Of a stretch of 64,000 nucleotides of DNA, positions 52,544 through 63,568 are shown piece after piece. This DNA is from Eledone cirrhosa (lineage: Eukaryota). Under the pieces are notes generated by a model. It ran no database searches. It worked only from the letters and a program-made list of their open reading frames with translations, and was not told where the DNA came from. A program made the position numbers and the translations under genes. The stretch covers positions 51,584,001 to 51,648,000 of the forward strand of contig OZ024741.1 in NCBI GenBank assembly GCA_964016885.1, given 5' to 3'. Every line of letters begins with the position of its first letter. The stretch's first letter is position 1.

Positions 52544-55158
52544 TTGCCTTCATTGCAAGCAAGGGCTGTCTTCATTGCAAGCAAGGGCTGTCTTCATTGC
52601 AAGCAAGGGCTGTATTCATTGCTAGCAAGGATTGTCTTCATTGCTAGCAAGGGTTGTCTTCATTGCTAGCAAGGATTGTCTTCATTGCTAACAAGTGTTG
52701 TCTTCATTGCTACCAAGGATTGTCTTCATTGCTACCAAGGATTGTCTTCATTGCTAGCAAGGGTTGTCTTCATTGCTAGCAAGGATTGTCTTCATTGCTA
52801 GCAAGGATTGTCTTCATTGCTAGCAAGGATTGTCTTCCTTGCTAGGAAGTGTTGTCTTCATTGCTAGCAAGTGTTGTCTTCATTGCTAGCAAGGATTGTC
52901 TTCATTGCTAGCAAGTGTTGTCTTTATTACTAGCAAGGGTTGTCTTCATTGCTAACAAGTGTTGTATTCATTGCTAGCAAGGGTTGTCTTCATTGCTAGC
53001 AAGGGTTGTCTTTATTGCTAGCAAGGATTGTCTTTATTGCTAGCAAGGATTGTCTTTATTGCTAGCAAGGATTGTCTTCATTGCTACCAAGGATTGTCTT
53101 CATTGCTACCAAGGATTGTCTTCATTGCTACCAAGGATTGTCTTCATTGCTACCAAGGATTGTCTTCATTGCTACCAAGGATTGTCTTCATTGCTAGCAA
53201 GGGTTGTCTTCATTGCTAGCAAGGATTGTCTTCATTGCTAGCAAGTGTTGTCTTTATTACTAGCAAGGGTTGTCTTCATTGCTAGCAAGTGTTGTCTTCA
53301 TTGCTAGCAAGGGTTGTCTTCATTGCTAGCAAGGGTTGTCTTTATTGCTAGCAAGGATTGTCTTCATTGCTAGCAAGGATTGTCTTCATTGCTAGCAAGG
53401 ATTGTCTTCATTGCTAGCAAGGGTTGTCTTCATTGCTAGCAAGGATTGTCTTCATTGCTAACAAGTGTTGTCTTCATTGCTACCAAGGATTGTCTTCATT
53501 GCTACCAAGGATTGTCTTCATTGCTACCAAGGATTGTCTTCATTGCTAGCAAGGGTTGTCTTCATTGCTAGCAAGGATTGTCTTCATTGCTAGCAAGGAT
53601 TGTCTTCATTGCTAGCAAGGATTGTCTTCCTTGCTAGGAAGTGTTGTCTTCATTGCTAGCAAGTGTTGTCTTCATTGCTAGCAAGGATTGTCTTCCTTGC
53701 TAGCAAGTGTTGTCTTTATTACTAGCAAGGGTTGTCTTCATTGCTAACAAGTGTTGTATTCATTGCTAGCAAGGGTTGTCTTCATTGCTAGCAAGGGTTG
53801 TCTTTATTGCTAGCAAGGATTGTCTTTATTGCTAGCAAGGATTGTCTTCATTGCTACCAAGGATTGTCTTCATTGCTACCAAGGATTGTCTTCATTGCTA
53901 CCAAGGATTGTCTTCATTGCTACCAAGGATTGTCTTCATTGCTAGCAAGGGTTGTCTTCATTGCTAGCAAGGATTGTCTTCATTGCTAGCAAGTGTTGTC
54001 TTTATTACTAGCAAGGGTTGTCTTCATTGCTAGCAAGTGTTGTCTTCATTGCTAGCAAGGGTTGTCTTCATTGCTAGCAAGGGTTGTCTTTATTGCTAGC
54101 AAGGATTGTCTTCATTGCTAGCAAGGATTGTCTTCATTGCTACCAAGGATTGTCTTCATTGCTACCAAGGATTGTCTTCATTGCTAGCAAGGGTTGTCTT
54201 CATTGTTAGCAAGGGTTGTCTTCATTGCTAGCAAGGATTGTCTTCATTGCTAACAAGTGTTGTCTTCATTGCTACCAAGGATTGTCTTCATTGCTAGCAA
54301 GGATTGTCTTCATTGCTAGCAAGGATTGTCTTCATTACTAGCAAGTGTTGTCTTTATTACTAGCAAGGGTTGTCTTTATTGCTAGCAAGGATTGTCTTTA
54401 TTGCTAGCAAGGATTGTCTTTATTGCAAGCAAGGATTGTCTTCATTGCTACCAAGGATTGTCTTCATTGCTACCAAGGATTGTCTTCATTGCTAGCAAGG
54501 ATTGTCTTCATTGCTAGCAAGTGTTGTCTTTATTACTAGCAAGGGTTGTCTTCATTGCTAACAAGTGTTGTATTCATTGCTAGCAAGGGTTGTCTTCATT
54601 GCTAGCAAGGGTTGTCTTTATTGCTAGCAAGGGTTGTCTTTATTGCTAGCAAGGATTGTCTTTATTGCTAGCAAGGATTGTCTTTATTGCTAGCAAGGAT
54701 TGTCTTTATTGCTACCAAGGATTGTCTTCATTGCTACCAAGGATTGTCTTCATTGCTAGCAAGGGTAGTCTTCATTGCTAGCAAGGATTGTCTTCATTGC
54801 TAACAAGTGTTGTCTTCATTGCTACCAAGGATTGTCTTCATTGCTAGCAAGGATTGTCTTCCTTGCTAGGAAGTGTTGTCTTCATTGCTAGCAAGGATTG
54901 TCTTCATTGCTAGCAAGGGTTGTCTTCATTGCTAGCAAGGGTTGTCTTCATTGCTAGCAAGGGTTACCTTCATTGTTAGCAAGAGTTGCCTTTATTGCTA
55001 GCAATGGCTGTCTTCATTGCTACCAAGTGTTGTCTTCATTGCTAGCAAGGGTTGCCTTCATTGCTAGCAATGGTTGTCTTCATTACTAGCAAGGGTTGTT
55101 TTCGTTGCTAGCAATGATTGTCTTCCTTGTTAGCAAATGATGTCTTTATTGCTAACAA
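52544..55158. repeat. 22-bp minisatellite (~118 units) in the last peroxidase intron
   Basis: Unit TTGTCTTCATTGCTAGCAAGGA/GG with palindromic core TTGCTAGCAA; degenerate at both ends. Confidence 0.98.
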
Positions 55159-55164
55159 TAAAGA

Positions 55165-55238
55165 CATTATGTGAGATAAAGCCTTTATCAAGAAAATACA
55201 ATAGTATATATAGAGTAATGTTAATGCTAAAGGGTTAA
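55165..55238. mobile_element. piggyBac-like MITE, right-end fragment
   Basis: Ends AATGCTAAAGGG|TTAA; similar to 63497-63568. Confidence 0.6.
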
Positions 55239-55293
55239 CAAGGTATACAAATCACAGTTAATGACTGAAGGCAACAAAATCACTTCTACTTAC

Positions 55294-55396
55294 GTATTAC
55301 TTTTAGTGTGAAATGCTGAGTTTGGAATTTTATTCAGATTTGTGGTCCTGGCTAATACATTAGACATCTTTGTGGAAGATATCACTTTCAGTTGCT
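55294..55396 (-). CDS. Animal heme peroxidase exon (phase 1/2)
   Basis: ttgcAG|AG CAA...AC|GTAAGT; EQLKVISSTKMSNVLARTTNLNKIPNSAFHTKSN. Equivalent to the family segment QL.EIRK.SLAR.ICDN...IQ..VF. Confidence 0.85.
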
Positions 55397-55562
55397 CTGC
55401 AATTGTAATTCAGTTGATTAGAGAAACAAATCTCATTGTTGGACATAAGATAAAATAACAAAATCATCATCATCATTGTCATCACCACCACTACCACAAC
55501 CACCATCATCACCACCACCAACAACATCATCACCACCCTGTCTCCTGTAGTATTAAATAGGG

Positions 55563-55730
55563 TAGAGCAGGGACCAGGTAGTCTACTGGGTTGGTTTGGA
55601 ACCCTTCCTTCTGTCAAGGAAGAACAGGGACCAGGTAGTCTACTGGGCTGGTATGGGACCCTTCTTTTTGTCAAGGGGGAGAACAGGGACCCGGTAGTCT
55701 ACTGGGTTGGTATGGAACCGTCTTTTGTAG
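55563..55730. repeat. ~57-59-bp tandem repeat, 3 copies
   Basis: GAACAGGGACCAGGTAGTCTACTGGG... three times. Confidence 0.85.
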
Positions 55731-56223
55731 TGTTAAACCTGACAGTATATTACAAGTAACTTTCTATGAAAGGTGAACAACCATTTCTAGTATCTGGATA
55801 TTAGAGAGGCATATTGGGTTCAGGTAATCCCTCCAAAAGTCATCATCTGGAGGTATAGGAGAGCCTCCACTATACTAAAGGTCATCTGGAGGTCTGGGAG
55901 AACCTCCACTTCACACTATACACTACCACAATCATATACCATCATACACCACAACCACACACCGCCACTTACTGTTACCTCACACTACCCTCTTCATGAT
56001 CCACAATCACTACTATTACATACCACACTAACCCCCCCCCCATCACTACCACCACCACCACTGCTATCATATACCACTGTACCACCAGCACTATTCCATA
56101 CCATCATCCCACCATACCTCACCACTATCACACATCACCACACTACCACCATTATTACATGCTACCACTACCATTTCCAACAAATAAAAAAGCACAATTT
56201 CAAATTATTAGTATTAAAATTAC

Positions 56224-56384
56224 CTTCAGAAAATTCTGTATCTCTCTGGTACCAGAAGCTGTCTCCAAATTTGAGGTTTCTAAACTGTCTAGATATTATA
56301 CAATCAAAAGTTGGTCCCACAATTCCTCCATTGACAGGGATCTCTGTAAGACCAGCCACAATTAGATCTACATCGTTGGGGTGC
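56224..56384 (-). CDS. Animal heme peroxidase exon (phase 2/1)
   Basis: ttttgcAG|G CAC...GAA G|GTAATT; HPNDVDLIVAGLTEIPVNGGIVGPTFDCIISRQFRNLKFGDSFWYQ = DIDL.VGGL.E / VGPTF.CII..QF...GDRFWY motifs. Confidence 0.95.
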
Positions 56385-56568
56385 CTGCAAAAGTGAGAGA
56401 CAAAATAAAAGGTTTGCTATCAGACAATTTTTGTTGGTGTTTAACCTGTTATCTCGTCTATAGCACTGAAGAAGTTAACTTTTTCATTACCCTAATGAAA
56501 GGTACTGCCTAAGAGTATTAAGCTCATATTTGTAACATAACTTAACAAAAATTCTAATATAAAATTAT

Positions 56569-56759
56569 AATTGTTTCTACTTTTGGCACAAGGCCAGCAA
56601 TTACCCAGTACATTACTGGTACTTTATTTTATCGACCCCGTAAGGATGAAAGGTAAAGTTAACCTCGGTGGGATTTGAACTCAGAATGGCAAGGGCCGTA
56701 ACTCTATGCGTCAAAGCATGGCGTCCAACCCTCTACCGATACTGCCAATTCACCGCCCT
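56569..56759 (-). mobile_element. tRNA-derived SINE family A
   Basis: Full copy flanked by direct repeats TATAAAATTATAAT (TSD-like). Confidence 0.85.
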
Positions 56760-56797
56760 TATATAAAATTATAATGGAAGATTTTTAGATAAATATA

Positions 56798-57014
56798 TAC
56801 ACTTTAAAACAAACTGATTTATATTGTAGATGAATATAAACACTTTAAAACAAACTGATATATATTGTAGATGAATATAAACACTTTAAAACAAACTGAT
56901 TTATATTGTAGATGAATATAAACACTTTAAAACAAACTGATTTATATTGTAGATGAATATAAACACTTTAAAACAAACTGATTTATATTGTAGATGAATA
57001 TAAACACTTTAAAA
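56798..57014. repeat. 41-bp tandem repeat (~5 near-identical copies)
   Basis: ACACTTTAAAACAAACTGATTTATATTGTAGATGAATATAA. Confidence 0.95.
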
Positions 57015-57767
57015 TTTGACACTAAGTTATACATCAAATCAAGGGGGAATTGCAAACCCTGAGTTATATCTTCCACTCTCTATATTAAGGATGTGCTTAC
57101 TATCACTTATCCTTTAACTCTACAAGATACTTCAGCAATGCTTGTGTAGTCACTGCCTCCATCTCTTTCGTTCTCCCCATCTCTCACTATTATAAGCAAA
57201 TGGGGACCCACACACTGGCTGCCCCACAACCCCAGTGGACAGAATAGAGAAGGCTTTTCCCCAGAGGGTAGTAAGGAAGATGTGTTGGAAGAGCCATTCC
57301 AGCTCATGAGGCTGGATTCTACTTGTAATCTAAATATCTAGCTTTATCATATATTCTGTTATGCTGATTTTCCCCGTGTACACATGTCTGTGGGGAATAC
57401 TCAACCACTTACAACTACCTGATCAAACAACTAAACACTCATTGGTGAAACTGATAGGGAGTCCATCATCATCATCATGTGATTTGGTCACAATCACACA
57501 AATGTTGGTGTTGCTGAAGCTGACCTATCATTAAAAGAATTCAAACCATGACCATGTATGTTCAGTCTTTATGTACTCTGTGCTACACTGTCCAATGTAT
57601 CCTTCCTTTTACTTAGTCAATAAGGTTTGTTGTAAAGAAAGATTTAACTGTTATTTTGAGTGATCATGTAGAGACTTCCTCATTGTCTTGTTTCAAGATG
57701 TGATTTATTGAAGTAAATGATATCATGAGATCTCAACTGTTTCTAACATAGGCACATGGCCAGAAAT

Positions 57768-57980
57768 TTAACCCTTTAGCATTTACATTACTCTATATTT
57801 ACTATTATATTTTTGTAGTAAAGACTTTACCTCACCAAATATCGAACCTACAAGATTTTGATGTTATTTATTTTGAGAACAATACCTTAACGTCAGTATG
57901 AGTGGCCAGTTATGGCCAGGCTGAACAGAAAGAGGTGAGAGAATTCTGGCTGGATACGTCCAGTTTAAATGCTAAGGTTA
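57768..57980. mobile_element. piggyBac-like MITE inserted in a SINE relic
   Basis: TTAA|CCCTTTAGCATT ... AATGCTAAGGTTA termini; inverted homolog of 63341-63568. Confidence 0.65.
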
Positions 57981-58049
57981 GTCGATTAAATTGACTCCAG
58001 TACTTGACCTTGACTGATACTCTGTTTTATCAACACTGGAAGGATCATT

Positions 58050-58372
58050 TCATCATCATCATTTCATTTTACGTCCACTTTTCCCTGCTTGCAAGGGTGG
58101 GACGGGAACTGATTCTGGCTTGATGCCCTTCCTAACACCAACCTCATTTACAGTGAGTGATGGGTGCTTTTTTTCCGTGGCGCCTACACGTCCACTTTAC
58201 AGTGGAATGATAGGGACCCCAGTCCCTATCATCCCATTTCTACAGCTGAGTAAACTGGAGCAATGTGAAATAAAGTGTCTTGCTCAAGGAAACAACACAT
58301 CACCTGGTCTGAGAATTGAACTCACAACCTTTCGATTGCAAGGCCAATGCTCTAACCACTAAGCCATGTGTC
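58050..58372 (-). mobile_element. tRNA-derived SINE family B with RTE-like tail
   Basis: Minus strand: A-box-like GCTTAGTGG, B-box GTTCAATTC, CCTTGAGCAAGACACTT body and (ATG)n tail. Confidence 0.85.
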
Positions 58373-58504
58373 TCCACGAAAGACAAAATTGACTTCAGAG
58401 GGGATTGAACTCAGAATTTAAAGCATTTTGTATATATTCTATCGATTCTATCAATTAAAGAAGATAAACAAATATAAATGAAGATTGTGTGCTTGCTAAC
58501 TTAC

Positions 58505-59069
58505 CCATAAATTTTGCTGAATCGTTTGACAGTGTTGAAAGAGTGGTGTGTGAATCCATGGGTATTAAAGATCCTTGCAGGTTTAAATCCACACCATGTC
58601 CTCCATGTATTGTATGAGGGTAAACCATGGTCTCGTCCCCGCTGTATATTTCGTGCCATCAGGTCCATGTTTCCAAACAGATGTTCAGTCACTGCAGATG
58701 ACAACATCGTATCGGAAGCAATGCGAGCCCTGTCTTCTATCAAACCTTGTACCAATGCATCTATTTCAGTCTCACTTTCAAACAATAAGTCGACTTTCTC
58801 AAATAGGTCACTCAAGTTTTCTTTCTTTTTATGTCTGCAGAAGTCTTCAGCATAGGACACACCTGACACCGGTACAGTGCTTGTATAAAAGGATTTTTTG
58901 CTGATCTTTGAAGATTTTCCAGCCAACATAGATTGAGGAGTGCATTTAGGGGTTTTATGGGGACAACCATTTAAAAATATTAGATTTTCTGGGAGCATGC
59001 CATGGCCAAAACGAAAAGCTGCTGTTGAAAAAGCATTACTAACAGTTGGGTTTATATCTTCATTGTATT
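58505..59069 (-). CDS. Animal heme peroxidase (peroxidase-cyclooxygenase superfamily) exon with proximal His (phase 1/2)
   Basis: tctctcttacAG|AA TAC ... TAT GG|GTAAGT; motifs NAFSTAAFRFGH (proximal His) and DLMARNIQRGRDHGLPSYN.WR.WCG. Upstream exons probably lie beyond the right edge. Confidence 0.97.
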
Positions 59070-59265
59070 CTGTAAGAGAGATGAAAGTGAGAGGATGCAA
59101 CAAAATAGACACAGCTAATCATATACCACCATCACACATATATACATTATATATATATATGTAATATATATATATATATAATGAAAAATTGAACAGGGAC
59201 AGAACAGAGAGGCAGTACAATAAATGTTTATTAAATTCACGCTCAGGAGAGTGGGGGGTAGGTGG

Positions 59266-59303
59266 GGGACAACGTTTCGGGCATAAGCCCTTCTTCAGGT
59301 GAG
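59266..59303 (-). ncRNA. Minimal type I hammerhead ribozyme motif of the PLE pseudo-LTR
   Basis: CAC-CUGAAGA-A-GGGC-UUAU-GCCC-GAA-ACGU-U^GU: both core boxes, 4-bp stem II and palindromic ACGU stem III. Stem I is only 2 bp. Confidence 0.8.
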
Positions 59304-60136
59304 AAGTGTGTGGGAACAGAGTTCAAAAGGTGTGTAGGGGAGTGGTGGAGAGACATATAGCGAAAGGAAACGGTGCGAATGAAAAATTAACAAATAAAGA
59401 CAAAAAATATAATAAATAAAAATAAAGCATGATCAAAATACAAGGAATGAGAAAATTTAAAAATAAAGGCATGATCAAAATAAACTGAAATTAAAAGGGG
59501 GGTAAACAGGTGGTGGAAGGGTGTGGGGTGAGTAGGGGTGGTGGCGGGTGGAGTGGGGAGAGGGAGACGGGGTGTCCGAGAGGGGAGGGCTGAAGGTGGT
59601 GTGTGTGGTTAGGTGTGCGTGTGTGTGTGTATGTGAAAGTGAGGGTTGGGGGAAGAACGGGGTTGCATGTTCAGGAAGGTGTGTGTGGGGGGTGTTTTTG
59701 TGGGTCGGAGTGTCTGTGCGTGTGTGGATAGGGGGGTGGGGGGAGAGGAATCAGGAGGCTGAGGGTGTAAATATGTGGTGGGAAGCACGTGTGTGTGGTT
59801 TAAGCGTGTTGTGGGTGTGGGTGGCATGTGGATAAAAAAATTTTTTTTGGGGTGTGTGTGTGGGTGAGTTATATAGGTGATGGTGTAAGAGGATAGTTGA
59901 AAAGTTGGTAAGTTCCACGGATGTTTGGAGATTTGGTTAGAAGTCAATTTCGCGTGTGGGTAATCCAAGAAGTGGTGGTCGGAAGAGGAGAGATGTGGGG
60001 TGCGCGCGCAACAGGAAGTGGTCAGCAGTGGGAGTGCTGTGGTCAGTTGGTGCTGAGAGGTGGTCGGAAGGGCATAGCAGCAGTCGGCGGAATGGTAGGG
60101 AGGCGAGGATGGGTAGGTGTGAGAGTTGGAGTGAGG

Positions 60137-60139
<3 letters not shown>

Positions 60140-60185
<46 letters not shown>
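60140..60185. repeat. (GT)n microsatellite
   Basis: About 22 GT units. Confidence 0.95.
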
Positions 60186-60187
<2 letters not shown>

Positions 60188-60661
60188 TAGTAGGGGTGTT
60201 AGTGGGATGAGTGAGTGTGGAGCGGGGAGAGAAGGGTGTGTGTGGTTCTATGGAGGGAGTGTGGTGTACTGGTGTGTGTGTAGTTTGGTGAAGAGGTGTT
60301 AGTGGGTGTTAGTATACGGGAGGTGGGGAGGGGTGGAATGCAGGTGTGAGTGGGGGTTAGTGGTGGTAGGGTGTGTAGAGTTGGTGTACGAGGGTGTGTG
60401 GGTACGTGTGCGTGGGGTTGGGGGGTGTTAGTGATGTTAGTTGCGTGTGGGGTGGGTGGTGTAAGTGGATGCGTGTGTGCGTGTGATAAGGAGGGGGGAG
60501 GAGGAGAAGAGGGGAGGGAAGGGATGTTAGTATGTTAGTTGGGGAAGGGTGGTCAGATGAGGGGTGGAGTGGAGGTGTTAGTATTGTTACTGTGGGGTGG
60601 GCGGTGAAAAGGAGGGGTGTGTTAGTGGGGGATAAGTGTGGGGGGAGGGGGCGGTCGAACG

Positions 60662-62020
60662 CTAAAGGAATAAGGGTGAGGAGTTCAGGCCGGGGGGAGT
60701 GTGGGTCTGTAAGATGAAGATAGTGCGTTGTTCGACCGTAAGGCGATGGGCGGGTGTTCCGTGGCACTGGAGTAGGCCACAGACTGTGAGATGGCGTGCG
60801 GAGTGTCCAGGGCCACCAAAGTGGCGGGCGATGGGGGAACTGCCCCCGAGACGAATATCCCGGAGGTGCTCCGTGACTCGGCCCGCCAGGCGATGTCCCG
60901 TCTGTCCGACATAAGTCGCGCTGCACTCCGTGCAACGAAGTCCGTAGACTAGGTTGGAGGAGGTGCAGCGGAAGGCATGCCGGACCGAGAGAGAGTGGCC
61001 GTTGGGACCCTGGAAGGTGGTGGTGTTGGTGATGTGGGGACAGGTGTTGCAGCGGGGCCTAGAACAGGGGAAGGAACCGGGGGGGGAACCAGAGCGTGGG
61101 TTGGGGGGTAGGGAGCTGTGGACGAGGAGGGTGTGGAGATTGCGTGCGCGTTTGAAGGAGGGGAGTGGTGGGGTTGGGAAGATGTGGGAGGTGGAGGCGT
61201 CGGAAGAGGCGGCGGATGGTGCGGTGGAGGGGTGGTAGGTGATGGGGAAGGGGAGACGGTGGGTGGGTGTGCGGTGGCGTGGGGTGAAGGTGGTGGAGCG
61301 GGGGATAGCACGGGCGCGGGTGAGAGCGGTGTAGACGAGAGAGGGGGGGTAACCTCTGCGGATGAAATGGCTGACTAGGGAAAGGGCCTGGGACTCGAAG
61401 TCAGCATCACGGCTACAGAGGCGGCGGATCCTGAGAAGTTGGGAGTAGGGAATGGAGAGTTTAGTGTGGGTGGGGTGGGAAGAGGTGAAGTCGAGGTAAG
61501 AGTGGGAGTCGGTGGGTTTGAAGAAGGCGGAGGTGACAAGGGAGTGGTGGGAGGGGTCGAAGGCGACAGAGATGTCTAAGAAGTGGACGTGGGTGGTGGA
61601 GATAGAGGTGGTGAAGTGGAGGGAGGGGTGGAAGGAGCAGAAGAAGGAGAGAAAGGAGTCGAGCTGTTCTCGGGTGAGGGTCATGGCTCCGATACAGTCG
61701 TCAATGTAACGACCGTACAGGTCGGGCGTGGGGCCGGTGTACTGGGCAAAGATTTGGGCCTCAACATGGCCAACAAAAAGGTTGGCATAGTTCGGGCCCA
61801 TTCTTGTGCCCATGGCTACCCCCGTGACCTGTTGGTAAAACTCACCCGAGAAGGAGAAACAATTTAGGGTGAGGACCAGCTCGGCGAGGCGAAGGAGGGT
61901 GGGGGTGGAGGGAATGGGGGAGGGGCGAAGGTCGAGGTAGTGTTTGAGGGCGCGAAGGCCGTCGGCGTGGGGGATGACGGTATAGAGGGACTTGATGTCT
62001 AGGGTGAAGAGGAATGGCTG
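60662..62020 (-). pseudogene. PLE reverse transcriptase + GIY-YIG endonuclease ORF, N-terminally truncated
   Basis: LFTLDIKSLYT, GVAMGTRMGPNYANLF, RYIDD, FLDI, FKPTDSHSYL; linker CSRPRCNTC; LVYGLRCTECSATYVGQT...R..EH...HF. No stop codons over ~450 codons. Confidence 0.95.
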
Positions 62021-62025
62021 ATGTA

Positions 62026-62061
<36 letters not shown>

Positions 62062-62213
62062 CATCATCATCATCAGTTAACATCTATTTTCCACACTAGC
62101 ATGGGTTATATATATAGATATATGTGTATATATATAACAAAGAAGGTGTGAAAAGATACCAGGTGGACCATAACGCACCAGAGTACTCGATATTTAGGGT
62201 AGTAGAGTGGGTA

Positions 62214-62289
62214 ATAGGAAAAGAGTCAGGACCCCGATGGCTGGGTTCCAGCCAGAGCTCAGCCGTCGGGGTCCTGACTCTTTTCCTAT
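62214..62289. other. 76-nt near-perfect hairpin
   Basis: 35-bp stem, 6-nt loop CAGCCA; three non-Watson-Crick positions (G-U on +, A-C on -). Confidence 0.9.
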
Positions 62290-62355
62290 ATATATATATA
62301 TATGTAGTTGATAGCTGAGAGGCAAGAGTACTCAATACCAGAGTAGGGTTTTAAA

Positions 62356-62945
<590 letters not shown>

Positions 62946-63256
62946 TGTTAGGAAGGGCATCCAGCCATAGAAAACCTGCCAGAGACACTTCCATATGAGC
63001 GAGACACAGTCTCCCGACCAATCCTGCATCAAATGGAACAAAACCGTCTAACCCATGCTAGCGTGGAAGATGGACGTTAAATGATGATGATGATGATAAT
63101 GATAATTACATTAACAGTCAGCTTTCATGATGATTTCCATGCTAGCATGGGTTAGACGGTTTTGTTCCATTTGATGCAGGATTGGTTGGGAGACTGTGTC
63201 TCGCTCATATGGAAGTGTCTCTGGCAGGTTTTCTATGGTTGGATGCCCTTCCTAAC
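62946..63256. mobile_element. Tail-to-tail inverted pair of SINE 3' halves
   Basis: 62946-63068 is the near-exact reverse complement of 63136-63256. Confidence 0.85.
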
Positions 63257-63340
63257 ACCAACCACTTTACAGTGTGGAGGAGAGGTGGTGATTGGGATGA
63301 TTGGAGGTTATTGGTTGATGGATTTAAAGAAAGGGGATCT

Positions 63341-63568
63341 TTAACCCTTTAATGTTCAAACCGGCCAAAACTGGCGAGAATTCTCTACCTTTTTCTGTTG
63401 AAACTGGCTGAAACTGGTCACTCAAACTGATGTTAAGGTATTGTTCTCAAAATAAATACTTTCAAAATCTCATAGATTCGATATTATGTGAGATAATTAT
63501 GTGAGATAAAGCATTTACCATGAAAATATAATAGTATATATAAAGTAATGTGAATGCTAAATGGTTAA
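63341..63568. mobile_element. piggyBac-like MITE
   Basis: TTAA|CCCTTT ... AATGCTAAATGG|TTAA. Confidence 0.65.

Larger units (their letters stand above)
59181..62020 (-). mobile_element. 5'-truncated Penelope-like retroelement (probably Neptune clade)
   Basis: RT + GIY-YIG ORF, long CA-rich 3' region, hammerhead motif and AATAAA (59227-59232). Flanked by direct repeat ATGTAATATATATATATATATA at 59159-59180 and 62021-62042. Confidence 0.92.

Noticed and set aside
53028-53989. ORFs in the 22-bp minisatellite
   Set aside because: Repeat translation artefacts.
62021-62083. N-terminus MLTDDDDDIYIY of the 473-aa ORF
   Set aside because: Read-through from flanking microsatellite outside the TSD, not part of the element.
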